Notes: generated by a model not told the origin, from the letters alone. DNA of 64,000 bases from Myxococcota bacterium (GCA_040386535.1 JAZKFH010000017.1:32001-96000), one strand, 5' to 3'; positions 30,126-40,103 are shown, numbered from the stretch's first letter. Made by a program: numbers and translations.

Positions 30126-31706
30126 CTACGAGTTCTTGAGCCAGCGACGGACCACTTCGGCGGAGGGCTCGGACTCCTGGCGTACGAGGTCCGAAAGATC
30201 GCGCGGCTGGTGGGGCTGGAGGCGGGAGAGGTGCTGGCGGAGGCGGGCGGCGAGGTCGAGGGGGATGGGCTCCTCCTCCTCCTCGTCGTCCTCGTCGTCC
30301 ACGAGGGCGGGCGCGGGTACGGGCACCGGCTCGGGGGCCACGACCACCGGCGGGGGCGGGCGGGCCGCGTTGACGAGCGGGCGCACGACGAAGAAGAAGA
30401 GCAGGGCCACCGCGAACACGACCACGAGGGCCTCGGCGAGGGGGCCCGACGTGAGGATCGAGGCGGGTTCGGGCACGGCGAGCGCCTCCGGGGCGGAGAA
30501 GGGCAGAAAACTCACGACCACGTCGTCGGCGCGCTTGTCGGTCGAGCCGAGCGCCGCGCGGACGGCGCTCTCGAGCTGGGCCTTGAGCGCGGCCTCGTCG
30601 CCGCCGGCGGCGGCCTTGGTGACCGCGGCGCTGTCGATCATGACCGACGCGGAGAGGCGGCGGACCGCGCCCGCGGGGGTGGTGGTCGTCGTGATGGACG
30701 AGGTGTACTGGTAGGTGGTCTGCGTCGTCTCGCGGGTGCGCGTTCCGCCGGTGCCCGTGGACGCGTTGGGGGGGCGCTCGGGCACGTTGCTGTCGGTGCC
30801 GGGCACGCCGCCGGAGGCGACGCCGCCGCGCGTGTCGACCTCGGTCTCCACGCGCTCGTTGGCGGCCACGGCGGTGAGCGGATCGATCGCGTTGACGGTC
30901 TGGGAGACCACGGCGGTCTCGAGCTCGACGTTGACCGTGACCGCGACGGCGTCGGGCCGGCCGAGCAGCTGGGCGAGCGCGGCGCGCACCCCGCTGGCGA
31001 GCGCGACCTCGCGGGCGTTGGCGGTGGCGGCGATCTCGGCGTCGGCGCCGCCGGCCCCCTCTCCGCCCCAGAGGGTGCGGCCGGTGCTCGCGTCCACGAC
31101 CGTGATGTCCTCGGGCTGCATGCCCGCGATCGAGTGGGACACGAGCTGGGCGACGCTACGCGCGGTGCGCTGATCGAGGGTGGCGCCCGCGTCGGGGCGC
31201 AGGGTGACCGCGGCGCTGGGGCCCGCCACGTCGCGTAGGAACGCGGACGGCTCGGGCAGGTCGAGGTGGACGGTGCTCGACGCGATGCCGCGGATGCCGT
31301 CGATGGTGCGGACCAGCTCGCCCTGGATCATGCGCTGGCGGTGCAGCTGCTCCTGGAAGGGCGTCACCCAGGGGTCGATCTTCTCGAGGCCTTCGAGGCC
31401 CACGATGCCGCCGTCGCCCGAGGCCGCCCGCCGCGCGTCGATCTCGGAGAGGTCGGGCACGCGCACGGTGAGGCCGTCACTGTCGATGCGGAAGGGCAGC
31501 CCCGCCTCGGAGAGCGAGCGCGTGACGGAGGCGAGCTCGTCGGCGTCGGACGCGCGGGTGAGCAGCACGTAGGACGGCGTGCTCGCCCAGATCCCGACGC
31601 CCGCGACCGCCGCGACCGAGAGCGCGCTGGCGACGTAGAGCACGCGGCGCCGCACGGGCTCGAGGCCATCGTGGAAGGTGCGCAGCTGGGAGAGGAAGTC
31701 CGGCAC
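30126..31706 (-). CDS. fliF: Flagellar MS-ring protein FliF
   Basis: Two TMs; GELVRTI..I, VHL.LP, SAAVTL, GVPGTDSN, RRLSASV, EVVRRWL. Confidence 0.92.
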   Translation of the reverse strand: MPDFLSQLRTFHDGLEPVRRRVLYVASALSVAAVAGVGIWASTPSYVLLTRASDADELASVTRSLSEAGLPFRIDSDGLTVRVPDLSEIDARRAASGDGGIVGLEGLEKIDPWVTPFQEQLHRQRMIQGELVRTIDGIRGIASSTVHLDLPEPSAFLRDVAGPSAAVTLRPDAGATLDQRTARSVAQLVSHSIAGMQPEDITVVDASTGRTLWGGEGAGGADAEIAATANAREVALASGVRAALAQLLGRPDAVAVTVNVELETAVVSQTVNAIDPLTAVAANERVETEVDTRGGVASGGVPGTDSNVPERPPNASTGTGGTRTRETTQTTYQYTSSITTTTTPAGAVRRLSASVMIDSAAVTKAAAGGDEAALKAQLESAVRAALGSTDKRADDVVVSFLPFSAPEALAVPEPASILTSGPLAEALVVVFAVALLFFFVVRPLVNAARPPPPVVVAPEPVPVPAPALVDDEDDEEEEEPIPLDLAARLRQHLSRLQPHQPRDLSDLVRQESEPSAEVVRRWLKNS

Positions 31707-31733
31707 GATCGGGCACCCGGTGGGTCTGGTGCT

Positions 31734-31760
31734 CGTTCGGTCGGAGGGGGCGGGAGTTTA
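31734..31760 (-). promoter_or_regulatory. Sigma-28 (FliA)-like promoter upstream of fliF
   Basis: TAAA-ctcccgccccctccg(15)-ACCGAACG, nearly identical to the fliC promoter at 49003-49029. Confidence 0.65.
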
Positions 31761-31844
31761 GGGGAATCTTGGGGGGCGGCCCACATCGGCACCGATCGCG
31801 CCGGTGTGGACCGCCCGCCTCGCGGCACGGACCCCGAAGGACGC

Positions 31845-31994
31845 CTACTTCTTGGCGGTCGGCGTGGTCTTCGTGGTCGTGTCGTTCGGGTTCATCTGCT
31901 TCGAACGGTTGTCGTTGGCCGCCTTGTTCGCGGGGCTGGTCGGGTTCTTGCTGTCCGAGCGCTGGTCGTTGGGCGTGGGCTTGTTCGTGGCCAT
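31845..31994 (-). CDS. 49-aa Asn-rich hydrophilic small protein
   Basis: GGAGG SD; MATNKPTPNDQRSDSKNPTSPANKAANDNRSKQMNPN with an internal NDxRSxxxNP duplication. Confidence 0.7.
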   Translation of the reverse strand: MATNKPTPNDQRSDSKNPTSPANKAANDNRSKQMNPNDTTTKTTPTAKK

Positions 31995-32154
31995 GGGGTA
32001 CCTCCGGTTCGGGATGAGGCGGGGACTCCCGCCGACGGTCGGATGACCGTCGAGATCGAGGTAATCACGGGAGGAGGCGGCGAATGGGTGGACAACCGCC
32101 CGGCGCCGCGCCGGGTGCGCCCGAGCGGCTGGCGCCCGCGTTAGGCTCGGCCCG

Positions 32155-33351
32155 ATGAGCCTTGGCCCCCAGGAGGCGCGCCCCGCGGGACGACCGTGTT
32201 GCCCGCGTTGTCGCCGTCCCGAGCCGGTGTGCGTGTGCGCGACGCTGCGCCCGATGGACAGCCGCACGCGCGTGGTGTTCCTGCAACATCCGCGCGAGGC
32301 GCGCATGCCGGTGAGCACGTGCCGCCTCGCGCACCTGTCGCTCCCCAACTCGGAGATGCACGTCGCCATGCGGCCCGAGGGCACCGCGCACCTCGAGGCG
32401 CTCGCGAGCGAGCCGGGCACGATGTTGCTGTTCCCGGGGCCGGGCTCCACCGACGTGACCGAGCTGGCCACGCCGCCGCGCACGCTCATCGTGGTGGACG
32501 GGACGTGGATCAACGCGCGCAAGGTGGTGGAGCGCTCGCCGATGCTCTCGGCGCTGCCGCGCATCGGGTTCACGCCGTCCAAGCCCGGGAACTACCGCAT
32601 CCGCAAGGAGCCGGCGGACCATTGCCTCTCGACCATCGAGGCCGTGGCCTACGTGCTCGAAGCGCTGGAGGACGCGCCCGGCCGCTTCACGCCCATCCTC
32701 GGCTCGTTCGATCGCATGGTCGATCTACAGCTCGAATACATCGCCACGCGGCCGCAAACCCGCCCCCCGCGGCCGCCCAAGGGGATCCCCGAGGGCCGCG
32801 CCGCCATCGAACGGCTGCGCCAACGGGGCGATCAGGTGCTGCTGGTGTTCGCGGGCGGCAACGCGTGGAGCGAGGCGTCGGGGCTGCCGGGCCCGGCCGA
32901 GCTCTTGCATTGGGTGGCGATCCGTCCGTTCACCGGCGAGCGCTTCGAGTGTGTGCTCAAGCCACGGCGGCCGGTCGCGGCCTACGTGCCCGAACGGTTG
33001 GATGTGTCCAGCGCGGCGCTGGACGAGGGCGAGACGGTCGAAGACGCGTTGGCGCGTTGGTACCAATTCGTGTCAGCGGACGATGTGTTGTGCACCTGGG
33101 GCAAGTTCGCGACCGATCTGCTGCGTGCGGAGGGGATCGGGGCGTCGGTGGAGGCGGGCGCGGCGGAGTACCTCGATCTGAAGCGATTGGCGTCGGGGCT
33201 GCGCAACGCGCGGCTCGGCGGGGTGGAGCAGGTTGCAGAGCGCCTGGGCGCCACGATCCCGGAGGCCGACCGCGCCACGCGCACGCTCACGGCGCTGGAG
33301 GTGGTGGTGCGGGGGCTGTTGGAGAACGGGTTGCGGGGGATGCCGGCATAG
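32155..33351 (+). CDS. DTW-domain tRNA-uridine aminocarboxypropyltransferase-like protein with an extra C-terminal domain
   Basis: CPRC...CVC, LQHPRE, DGTW, YRIRKEP...LSTIEA, followed by ~200 additional aa. Confidence 0.88.
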   Translation: MSLGPQEARPAGRPCCPRCRRPEPVCVCATLRPMDSRTRVVFLQHPREARMPVSTCRLAHLSLPNSEMHVAMRPEGTAHLEALASEPGTMLLFPGPGSTDVTELATPPRTLIVVDGTWINARKVVERSPMLSALPRIGFTPSKPGNYRIRKEPADHCLSTIEAVAYVLEALEDAPGRFTPILGSFDRMVDLQLEYIATRPQTRPPRPPKGIPEGRAAIERLRQRGDQVLLVFAGGNAWSEASGLPGPAELLHWVAIRPFTGERFECVLKPRRPVAAYVPERLDVSSAALDEGETVEDALARWYQFVSADDVLCTWGKFATDLLRAEGIGASVEAGAAEYLDLKRLASGLRNARLGGVEQVAERLGATIPEADRATRTLTALEVVVRGLLENGLRGMPA

Positions 33352-33373
33352 GTGGCGCGGGAGGCGGCGCCCG

Positions 33374-34384
33374 CTACTCACACCCCGTGTACCAGAGCGT
33401 CGGCCCCCTCGCCTCCGAGACCTGCCAGAATCCGCCCTGGAGCGGATCGTAGGCGACCGCCTCGCCCTGGAGCTCGAGCGCGAACGTGATCGACTCGGGC
33501 GTGCCCGGCGCGGTGGGATCGCGCAGGTCGATCTCGTAGAGGTGCAGGTAGGCGCGGAGCAGCAGCGTGGCGCCGTCGGTCGACAGATCGGCGGCGGTGG
33601 TGCGCGCGGTCAGGTCCTCGTCGGGGGCGCCGGTGGGCACGTCCGCGAGCCACTCCAACAGGGTGTTGCCGAGCGGGAGTTGGTAGATGCCCGCGGTGGC
33701 GTCCTCTCGCTTGGTCACGACCAGGGGCGTGCCATCGGGCAACACCGCGAGGCTCTCCGCGTCCTGGGGGAGGTCCGGGTAGGTGAAGGGGCGCACCTCG
33801 GGCACGGCCGAGAGCTCCATGGTGCCGTCCAGCAGCGGCTCCTCGATGACCAGCACGGCGAACTCGGAGCGGTCGGTGCCGCGCGTGCCGATGTCCCCAA
33901 TGACGAGGCACCACCCCGTGTCACACGGGCCGATGGCGATGTCCTCCCAATCGTCGTTCTCCACCCCCTCCACGTGGAGCGTGGCGACGGTGGCCCCGGT
34001 GAAGTCGAGCGCGTAGAGGTCGGCGGCGCCGCCGGAGTCCTCGTGCGTCCACAAGATGCCGGGGTTCTGGCGGCTGACCGCGAGGCCGGAGAGCTCGTCC
34101 AGCCCGGGGTCGTCGACGATGCCCATCGCCACGGCGGGCGCGTACACGGCGCAGGGCCCGGTGGAGGGCTCGATGAACGTGTCGGTGTCGGTGTCGGTGT
34201 CCGTGTCGGAATCGGTGTCCGTGTCGGTGTCGGAATCCGTGTCGGAATCGGTGTCGGTGTCGGTGTCCGTGTCGGAATCGGTGTCCGTATCGGTGTCGGA
34301 ATCCCCAGCGGAGTCCGAACCCTCGGGAGGCGTACGCGCGACACAAGCCAACAGGAGGAGCAGCACGCCTCCCACATAGCCCAT
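33374..34384 (-). CDS. Lipoprotein with (Asp-Thr/Ser)n linker and beta-propeller-like domain
   Basis: LLLAC lipobox; ELSGLAVS, WTHEDSG, DWEDIA, IGDIG, DAESL and QGEAV motifs. Confidence 0.8.
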   Translation of the reverse strand: MGYVGGVLLLLLACVARTPPEGSDSAGDSDTDTDTDSDTDTDTDTDSDTDSDTDTDTDSDTDTDTDTDTFIEPSTGPCAVYAPAVAMGIVDDPGLDELSGLAVSRQNPGILWTHEDSGGAADLYALDFTGATVATLHVEGVENDDWEDIAIGPCDTGWCLVIGDIGTRGTDRSEFAVLVIEEPLLDGTMELSAVPEVRPFTYPDLPQDAESLAVLPDGTPLVVTKREDATAGIYQLPLGNTLLEWLADVPTGAPDEDLTARTTAADLSTDGATLLLRAYLHLYEIDLRDPTAPGTPESITFALELQGEAVAYDPLQGGFWQVSEARGPTLWYTGCE

Positions 34385-35889
34385 CAGGGGGCGGCGAACC
34401 GCCACGTCTCCGAGAGGTCGCCACCGTCCACGCGTACGAACGGCGTGGACGCGGAGATGCGCACCTCGACGGGGCCGGCGGCGGCCGGGGTGAAGGTGGT
34501 CACGTCCTCTGCGGCGAGGGCGCCGTCCACCCACCACTCGGTGCGCGCGCCGGGCAGGAGATCGTCTACGGCGAACGCGCCGGACTCGAAGGAGACCGCC
34601 GCCGCGGGGTCGGTGTAGCGGAACAGGCGCCGCGCGATCAGCTCCGCGCAGACCGGGCAGAAGGTGTCGGCGGTCGAGCCGCGCATCTTGCAGCGGTGGG
34701 CAGGCCGATACAGCGCCGGGCAGTTCCACGCGCCCTCGAAGGCGCCCACGGCGTCGTCCCACGCGCCATCGTCGGGGGTCGGGAGCGGGGTAGCCGCGTC
34801 GATCCACGCGGACCAGGGCGGGGCTGTCGGGTTGTCGGTCACGTTCTCGGGGAGGCCGAGCGCGTCGGAGCGGATGCAGGCGTCGTTCTCGTACTCGTCG
34901 CCCAGCAGGCCGAGCGTGTGGCCGAGCTCGTGCACGCCTGTCGACGGCCAGCTGTCGTTCCCGCCCTTCGGCACCGTTGCGTAGTGCACCGCGAAGCCGC
35001 CCGTGTGTGTCGTGTTCGCGACGATGACGACCATGTCCCACGGGAAGGTCGCCGCCGCGCCGGCCACCCCCCACTGGTCGAGCTGGAAGATGGCGGACGA
35101 GCGGTAGTCGCTGCCGAGGAACGCGTTGGCGATCTCGATGGCGAACACGCTTCCATAGGCGGTGTCGCGCATGCCGCACGTGTCGGTGCAGTCGTAGGAC
35201 ACGCCGGACTCGGCGCTCACGGCGTCCACGCGGTGGATGTTCACGCGGTCGGCGAAGGCGGCGAGCGGCTCGGTCGCGAGGATCTCGGCGGTGAGCCGAT
35301 CGGCGTCGGCGTGCCAGAGCGCCTGCTCCTCCGCGGTGTACCCGTCGCCCATGAGCACGATGTCGAGGCGGTTCTCGGAGTCGCCCGCGTCGTGAAGCGT
35401 GGTCGCGCCGCTGACCACGTCGGAGAGGCCCTGGTCGTCGTTGTCGACGTTGTCGAGATCGTAGCGCCCGACCTCGGCGTACGCGCCGTCGTCCCCGCGG
35501 GCCTCGAACCGGACGGACGCCGCGCCGTCGAGCACGGGCACGACCACGGGGAACTGCCCGAGCTGCGGCAGGGCGCCGAGCAGATCGAAGCCCGCGTCGT
35601 CACTGTAGTACCGCAGGAACTCCTGCACGATCAGCGGCCCGAGCGTGGAGCGCGCGTAGAGCGGCTCACCCGCGGCATCGAGCACGAGGTACCGGAACGC
35701 GTACCGCTCGTCCTCGGCGCCGTCGAGGTCGACCCACATCTCGGCCTGCACGGTGCCGCCCACCGTCACGCTCCCCTCGCCGTCGACCGCCGCCAGCAGG
35801 ATCACCCCGGGCGCGGTGGTGGGGAGCCCGACGGGCACGTGGTCCGCGAGGGGTGGCCGGCACGCGAGGAGGGCGAGGAAGGGGACCAT
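34384..35889 (-). CDS. M64-family (IgA peptidase-like) zinc metallopeptidase lipoprotein
   Basis: NRLDIVLMGDGYT, HELGHTLGLLGDEY, FEGA, YRP..CKM, FCPVC. Confidence 0.9.
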   Translation of the reverse strand: MVPFLALLACRPPLADHVPVGLPTTAPGVILLAAVDGEGSVTVGGTVQAEMWVDLDGAEDERYAFRYLVLDAAGEPLYARSTLGPLIVQEFLRYYSDDAGFDLLGALPQLGQFPVVVPVLDGAASVRFEARGDDGAYAEVGRYDLDNVDNDDQGLSDVVSGATTLHDAGDSENRLDIVLMGDGYTAEEQALWHADADRLTAEILATEPLAAFADRVNIHRVDAVSAESGVSYDCTDTCGMRDTAYGSVFAIEIANAFLGSDYRSSAIFQLDQWGVAGAAATFPWDMVVIVANTTHTGGFAVHYATVPKGGNDSWPSTGVHELGHTLGLLGDEYENDACIRSDALGLPENVTDNPTAPPWSAWIDAATPLPTPDDGAWDDAVGAFEGAWNCPALYRPAHRCKMRGSTADTFCPVCAELIARRLFRYTDPAAAVSFESGAFAVDDLLPGARTEWWVDGALAAEDVTTFTPAAAGPVEVRISASTPFVRVDGGDLSETWRFAAP

Positions 35890-35930
35890 GCCGAGTTCTA
35901 CCTCGCCGGCGCGCGGGTTACCCGCCGACG

Positions 35931-36362
35931 ATGCGCCTCCTGGTCCTGGTCGTGATCCTGCTCGCCGCGTGTGACGGCGCCGCCACGTGCAACGAGAAGA
36001 AGGGCATCGCCCGCACCGCGTGGGGCGAGGTGGGCGTGCGCTACGCCCTGGCCCTGAGCACCGCGGAGGACGCCGTGAAGGAGCCGACCGGCCGCCTGGC
36101 CGCGCTCACCCGCCGTCCCGACGCGCCCGCCGAGGGCAAGGCCGTGCTCGCCGCCGAGATCGCGGCACGGCAAGCCGAGGTCGACACGATCCGGCCCAAG
36201 CTCGAGGCCGCCCGGGCCGTCTCCACCGCCTTCGCGGGCAAGACCGCCGCCGAGGGCCGCGCGCTCGGCGGGGTCGCGGCCGGGCAGCTCGAGGGAGACG
36301 ATGTGCGGGCGGCGGTGGCGCTGGGGGAGGCGGCGGCGGCGGCGTGTGAGGGGGTGGATTGA
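35931..36362 (+). CDS. Helical hypothetical lipoprotein
   Basis: MRLLVLVVILLAAC lipobox; Ala-rich helical body. Confidence 0.7.
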   Translation: MRLLVLVVILLAACDGAATCNEKKGIARTAWGEVGVRYALALSTAEDAVKEPTGRLAALTRRPDAPAEGKAVLAAEIAARQAEVDTIRPKLEAARAVSTAFAGKTAAEGRALGGVAAGQLEGDDVRAAVALGEAAAAACEGVD

Positions 36363-36369
36363 GGGGTGG

Positions 36370-37023
36370 TCAATCCCGGTCGGGCGCCCCAAGGGGGAAG
36401 TAGGGGCGGAAGGGCCGCGCCTCCTCCACACAACGGGCGAACGACGGGCGGCCCAGGAGGCGCGCGCGGTACGCGCGGAGCGTCGGGCAGCTCTCGGGGA
36501 TCGGGTGGGTCCAGTCGGCGTAGAAGAGCGACGGCCCGGCGGCGCAGTCAGCCAGGCTGAACGTTTCGCCCGCCGCCCAGGTGCGGCCCGCCAACCTTCC
36601 CTCCAGCCAGGCATAGGCGGTCTCCAGCATGGCGCGAGCCTTGTCGTCCCCGATTGGGTCGCGGTCATCCGGCGCGCGCAACGCGTTGGCGACGATCCGA
36701 CCCTGCGGGGTCATCACGTAGGTGTCGAAGAACCGGTCCATCATCCGCACCTCGAGCGCCGCCTTCGGATCGGCGGGGAGCAGGCGCACCGGGCCAGGGT
36801 GCTCGAGGCCCAGGTGCTCGATGATGATGCTGGACTCGACCACGGTGCGGCCCTCGTCCACCAGCACCGGGTACAGCTTGAAGGGCCAGATCAACGTCAG
36901 CTCGTCCGCCACCTTCCTGTCGCCCACCACGGTCATCTCGAACGGCGTGGCGTTCTCATACAGGGCGATGAGCACCTTCTGGCAATAGGAGGAGAAGGGG
37001 TGGGCGTAGAGTTGCAGGGTCAT
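36370..37023 (-). CDS. Glutathione S-transferase family protein
   Basis: HPFSSYCQKV, PVLVD, ESSIIIEHL, FSLADC. Confidence 0.92.
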   Translation of the reverse strand: MTLQLYAHPFSSYCQKVLIALYENATPFEMTVVGDRKVADELTLIWPFKLYPVLVDEGRTVVESSIIIEHLGLEHPGPVRLLPADPKAALEVRMMDRFFDTYVMTPQGRIVANALRAPDDRDPIGDDKARAMLETAYAWLEGRLAGRTWAAGETFSLADCAAGPSLFYADWTHPIPESCPTLRAYRARLLGRPSFARCVEEARPFRPYFPLGAPDRD

Positions 37024-37048
37024 GGGGGCCTCGGCTGGGGAGAGTATC

Positions 37049-38161
37049 TCATCTCGCCGCCAGCATCGGCCCCAGGCCCTTCACCAACGCCACAGCGAAC
37101 CGCTCGCCCAAGCCAAGCTCGGATTGGTCGCGTTCTGGGCCGAGGCGCGGATCGGCGGCCGCGAGGGTCCATGTGTAGGTCAGGCGGTAGGGGTTCATCG
37201 CACCGTCGGCGTGCATGCCACAAAAGACGGTTTCGCTGACGCGGAGCACCGGAGCGGCCCATGGCAGCGGGAGCGGCAGCACGAAGGCGATGTCCTCGCC
37301 GGGGAAGTGGATGGTGCCGGTCCACGATACGTCGAGGTCGGCGTCCGGCCGGCGGGTGAGCGCGAGGCGGCTGTCCCCTACCTCGAGGGCGAGCGCGACG
37401 CGAACGCTGTCGTCGACGAGCGCGCCGGCGTAGGCGTCCACATTCTCCGCGCCGTGGACGAAGTGGATCTCGCCGAGATCGAGCGTCGCATCGGGGGCCC
37501 GGCCCAGACGCGCGACCCCACCCGCAATCGCCCTCCGTACGCGGGCCGAGCGCATCGGAAAGTCGGAGTGCACGGTGCGCGGCGCCCCGAGGATGGCGTG
37601 CGCGGCGGCGGCGTCGCCATACCCGGCGCGGCACTGCGCGCGGCGGACGGTCGTGCTGGCGTTGGGCGGCAGCGGATCCGAGGTGAACGACAGCGCGGCA
37701 AGCTCGCCGGCTACCTCGGGCAGCCCGACCAGGTGCCCCCCGAACACCAGGAGAAGGTTGAAGCCCTGCACCCCGAGCCGCTCTCGCGCGGAGAACAGCG
37801 CCCCGCCCTCCGTTGCGACGGTCGCGCCGCGTGCGAGCTCGGCGGCGTCACAGTCCGTGGGCGCGCGGGCGCCGGTGAAGCCGAGGGCGCGGCAGTGGAG
37901 CCGGTTGGTGGTCGCGGCGTACTCGGGGAGCCCGACGAGCGGCACCGTCAGGAGCGCGGCAGCGACGATTCCCGCGGCGGCCGCGCGACGGGGGCGGCGG
38001 GGCCACGGCCAGCAGGCCCAAGCTGCGAGCAGCGCGTGCATCCCACTGAGGGGCATCCCGTATAGGAACAACCACGCGGTGAAGATCAGCCACGCGACCA
38101 GGATGCCGGTCCAAACCAGCACGGGACCTGTCCGAGACGCCGCCTTTGCCACGTCAATCAC
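37049..38161 (-). CDS. Hypothetical membrane protein
   Basis: N-terminal hydrophobic segments followed by a soluble Cys-containing domain; start uncertain. Confidence 0.65.
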   Translation of the reverse strand: MIDVAKAASRTGPVLVWTGILVAWLIFTAWLFLYGMPLSGMHALLAAWACWPWPRRPRRAAAAGIVAAALLTVPLVGLPEYAATTNRLHCRALGFTGARAPTDCDAAELARGATVATEGGALFSARERLGVQGFNLLLVFGGHLVGLPEVAGELAALSFTSDPLPPNASTTVRRAQCRAGYGDAAAAHAILGAPRTVHSDFPMRSARVRRAIAGGVARLGRAPDATLDLGEIHFVHGAENVDAYAGALVDDSVRVALALEVGDSRLALTRRPDADLDVSWTGTIHFPGEDIAFVLPLPLPWAAPVLRVSETVFCGMHADGAMNPYRLTYTWTLAAADPRLGPERDQSELGLGERFAVALVKGLGPMLAAR

Positions 38162-38529
38162 GGTGCTTCGACGCGTAGCTGCCAGCCAAGCCGACTGCGG
38201 CCCCTCGGCTGAAGGATTCTACTCAACTCTGCGAGCGTGGCAGTGAGGAGAGGATCATCGACGACCCGCAGAACGAACGCGATCTCATCCGAGAGTGGGT
38301 CGATCTGCTCCTCCGGATAGAACCACTTGCCGCTCGCGGGGAGACGGGAGAGCAGGGGCATCTCGTAGGCGAGTCCAAGGTGGCGCAGCCGGTGCAGGAG
38401 GCGCTCGCTCAGCAAAAGGTCCAACGGAACTACCCGCCCGGCGCGGGGGTCCAGCCTCAGCGAGAAGCTGGCCTCCTCGTCCTCGGAGTACCGGGAGGCG
38501 TCGAATCGGTCGGAGAGTTCATCTGGCAT
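38158..38529 (-). CDS. Hypothetical protein
   Basis: 123-aa ORF with natural composition; lower GC than the flanks. Confidence 0.55.
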   Translation of the reverse strand: MPDELSDRFDASRYSEDEEASFSLRLDPRAGRVVPLDLLLSERLLHRLRHLGLAYEMPLLSRLPASGKWFYPEEQIDPLSDEIAFVLRVVDDPLLTATLAELSRILQPRGRSRLGWQLRVEAP

Positions 38530-38654
38530 GTTCTTGTTCCTCTTCGACGTTGGCGGGATCGCGAATCATGACCCCGAGGCCCCTCGCGCCGGGCGAGTGC
38601 GGCGCGTTAGCTCCTCTCTATATGCGCATCCTCGCGTAGGCCGCCCTCGGGCTC

Positions 38655-39236
38655 GTGTCCGGCGTGGTGCTGCTCGGGGCGCTCACGAATGCGTGGTCGT
38701 CACGGCTACGGCGACCGAGCCCGAGTCCGCCGATCCCGCACGTCGGGCGCGTCGTGTCCGCGGCGCGCCTCGAGGACGGCCGCATGACGATCGGCGCGGG
38801 GCCCCGCGATCCGATGTTGTGGCTAGAGACAGCGGACAGGTCGGGGTTCGAGGTGAGCCGCCGCGTCCCGTTCCACGCGGCGTTCCTCGTCGCGACGGGT
38901 GACCACTTCCTGCTCCTCGACGACAGCGCCTACGCGGTCGCGCTTTTCGTCGATCCGGACACGGGCGCGCCGAGCCAGGGCCCGGAGGTGGGGGGTCGGG
39001 TCCTCGACGCGATCGCCGACGCGGACGGGCGCGTGTTCGTTCGGCTCCGTGGGTCTTCGGCCTCCCCGCGATGCTGGCGTACTTGTTGCCCCCGGTCGTC
39101 GCGAATTGGTTGTGGCCTCCAGTCGTCCACTTTGGATGATAGTGACGGTGGCGGCCTCCGCTCGTGCAGCTCTGCAAGGAACACCGGGCAGCCCGCCGGC
39201 CCGGCGGCGGTGGCGGGCAAGCTGGGGGCTGATTAG
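38655..39236 (+). pseudogene. Possible gene fragment
   Basis: Central ~100 aa look protein-like (FLLLDDSAYAVALFVDPDTG) but both ends read like shadow sequence. Confidence 0.3.
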
Positions 39237-39245
39237 GCGCCTCGG

Positions 39246-40103
39246 ATGGCCAACCGTCACTTCGGCAAGTTCGGCGACGTATGGAAGCACCTTCCGTTGG
39301 CGGAGGTGCTGCGGCTCGAAGCGCCGCTTCGGTATGTCGAGTCCAACGCAGGCGACCCCGAGTATCTGCTGCCCCACGACGCCTACCGGGACGCTGGGGC
39401 GTGGCGCTACCTCGAGGTCGCCAGCAGAAGCTCGGTGTTGGACGCGGCGGTGTACACCCGGCTGCTGAGCGCGTACACGTCGCAGGATCCGCCGCGGTAC
39501 CCAGGTTCCCCCGTCATCGCGCGTGAGGTGCTCGGGCCGGACGTGGCGTTCGATTTCGGCGATCTCGACAAGGAGAGCCTCTACGCCCTCGGGCTGACGT
39601 TCGGAGGAGCCGCGCGGTGTCACCTGATGGACGGGGCGGCGATGACGTTGTCCTTGTTGTCCTCGGCCGATCCGCGATCGACCTTCCTGTTCCTCGATCC
39701 CTATCATCCGCTCGAGCGCCTCGCGGGCGGACCGTCGGCCGCCGAGGTGTTCGCGGAGGCCGGGCGCCGCGGGTTTCCGGCGATGCTCTGGTACGGGTAT
39801 CAATACCGCGCGCGCACCAACCCCGAGCCGGGACACGCGTGTCGGGACGAGCTGTGGGCGGCCTATCGAGAGGCGGGCGCCGAACGGGTGTGGTGGGGCG
39901 AGGTAGAGGTCGAGGACATCGACGTTTCGGCGGTAGCGTTCCACCGGGGCTTCGGCGGGTGCGGGATCGCGGCGGTGAACCTGACGGAAGCGTCGATAGC
40001 CGCGTGCAGCGGGCTCGGGCGGGCGCTGGCGGAGGCCTGGGGCGAGGCGACGATGGCAGAGGGTGGGACGGCGCGGCTCAGGTTTGTGGAGGGTTCGGGT
40101 TAG
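39246..40103 (+). CDS. RlmJ-like SAM-dependent adenine methyltransferase (divergent)
   Basis: HFGKFGDVWKH, YVESNAG, YPGSP and FLDPY parallel the RlmJ motifs HAGN.ADV.KH, DTHAG, YPGSP and DPPY. Confidence 0.75.
   Translation: MANRHFGKFGDVWKHLPLAEVLRLEAPLRYVESNAGDPEYLLPHDAYRDAGAWRYLEVASRSSVLDAAVYTRLLSAYTSQDPPRYPGSPVIAREVLGPDVAFDFGDLDKESLYALGLTFGGAARCHLMDGAAMTLSLLSSADPRSTFLFLDPYHPLERLAGGPSAAEVFAEAGRRGFPAMLWYGYQYRARTNPEPGHACRDELWAAYREAGAERVWWGEVEVEDIDVSAVAFHRGFGGCGIAAVNLTEASIAACSGLGRALAEAWGEATMAEGGTARLRFVEGSG

Noticed and set aside
26986..31706. Injectisome-type T3SS
   Set aside because: FliG/FliF motifs and the rod, ring, flagellin and stator genes show a flagellum.
32090..32146. GTTAGGC before the DTW gene as an integron attC site
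   Set aside because: There is no matching RYYYAAC or paired L boxes and no integrase; it is better explained as a TAGGCT -10 box.
38519..38620. Remnant toxin C-terminus upstream of the 123-aa orphan
   Set aside because: Only ~30 codons with no recognisable motif; unsupported.
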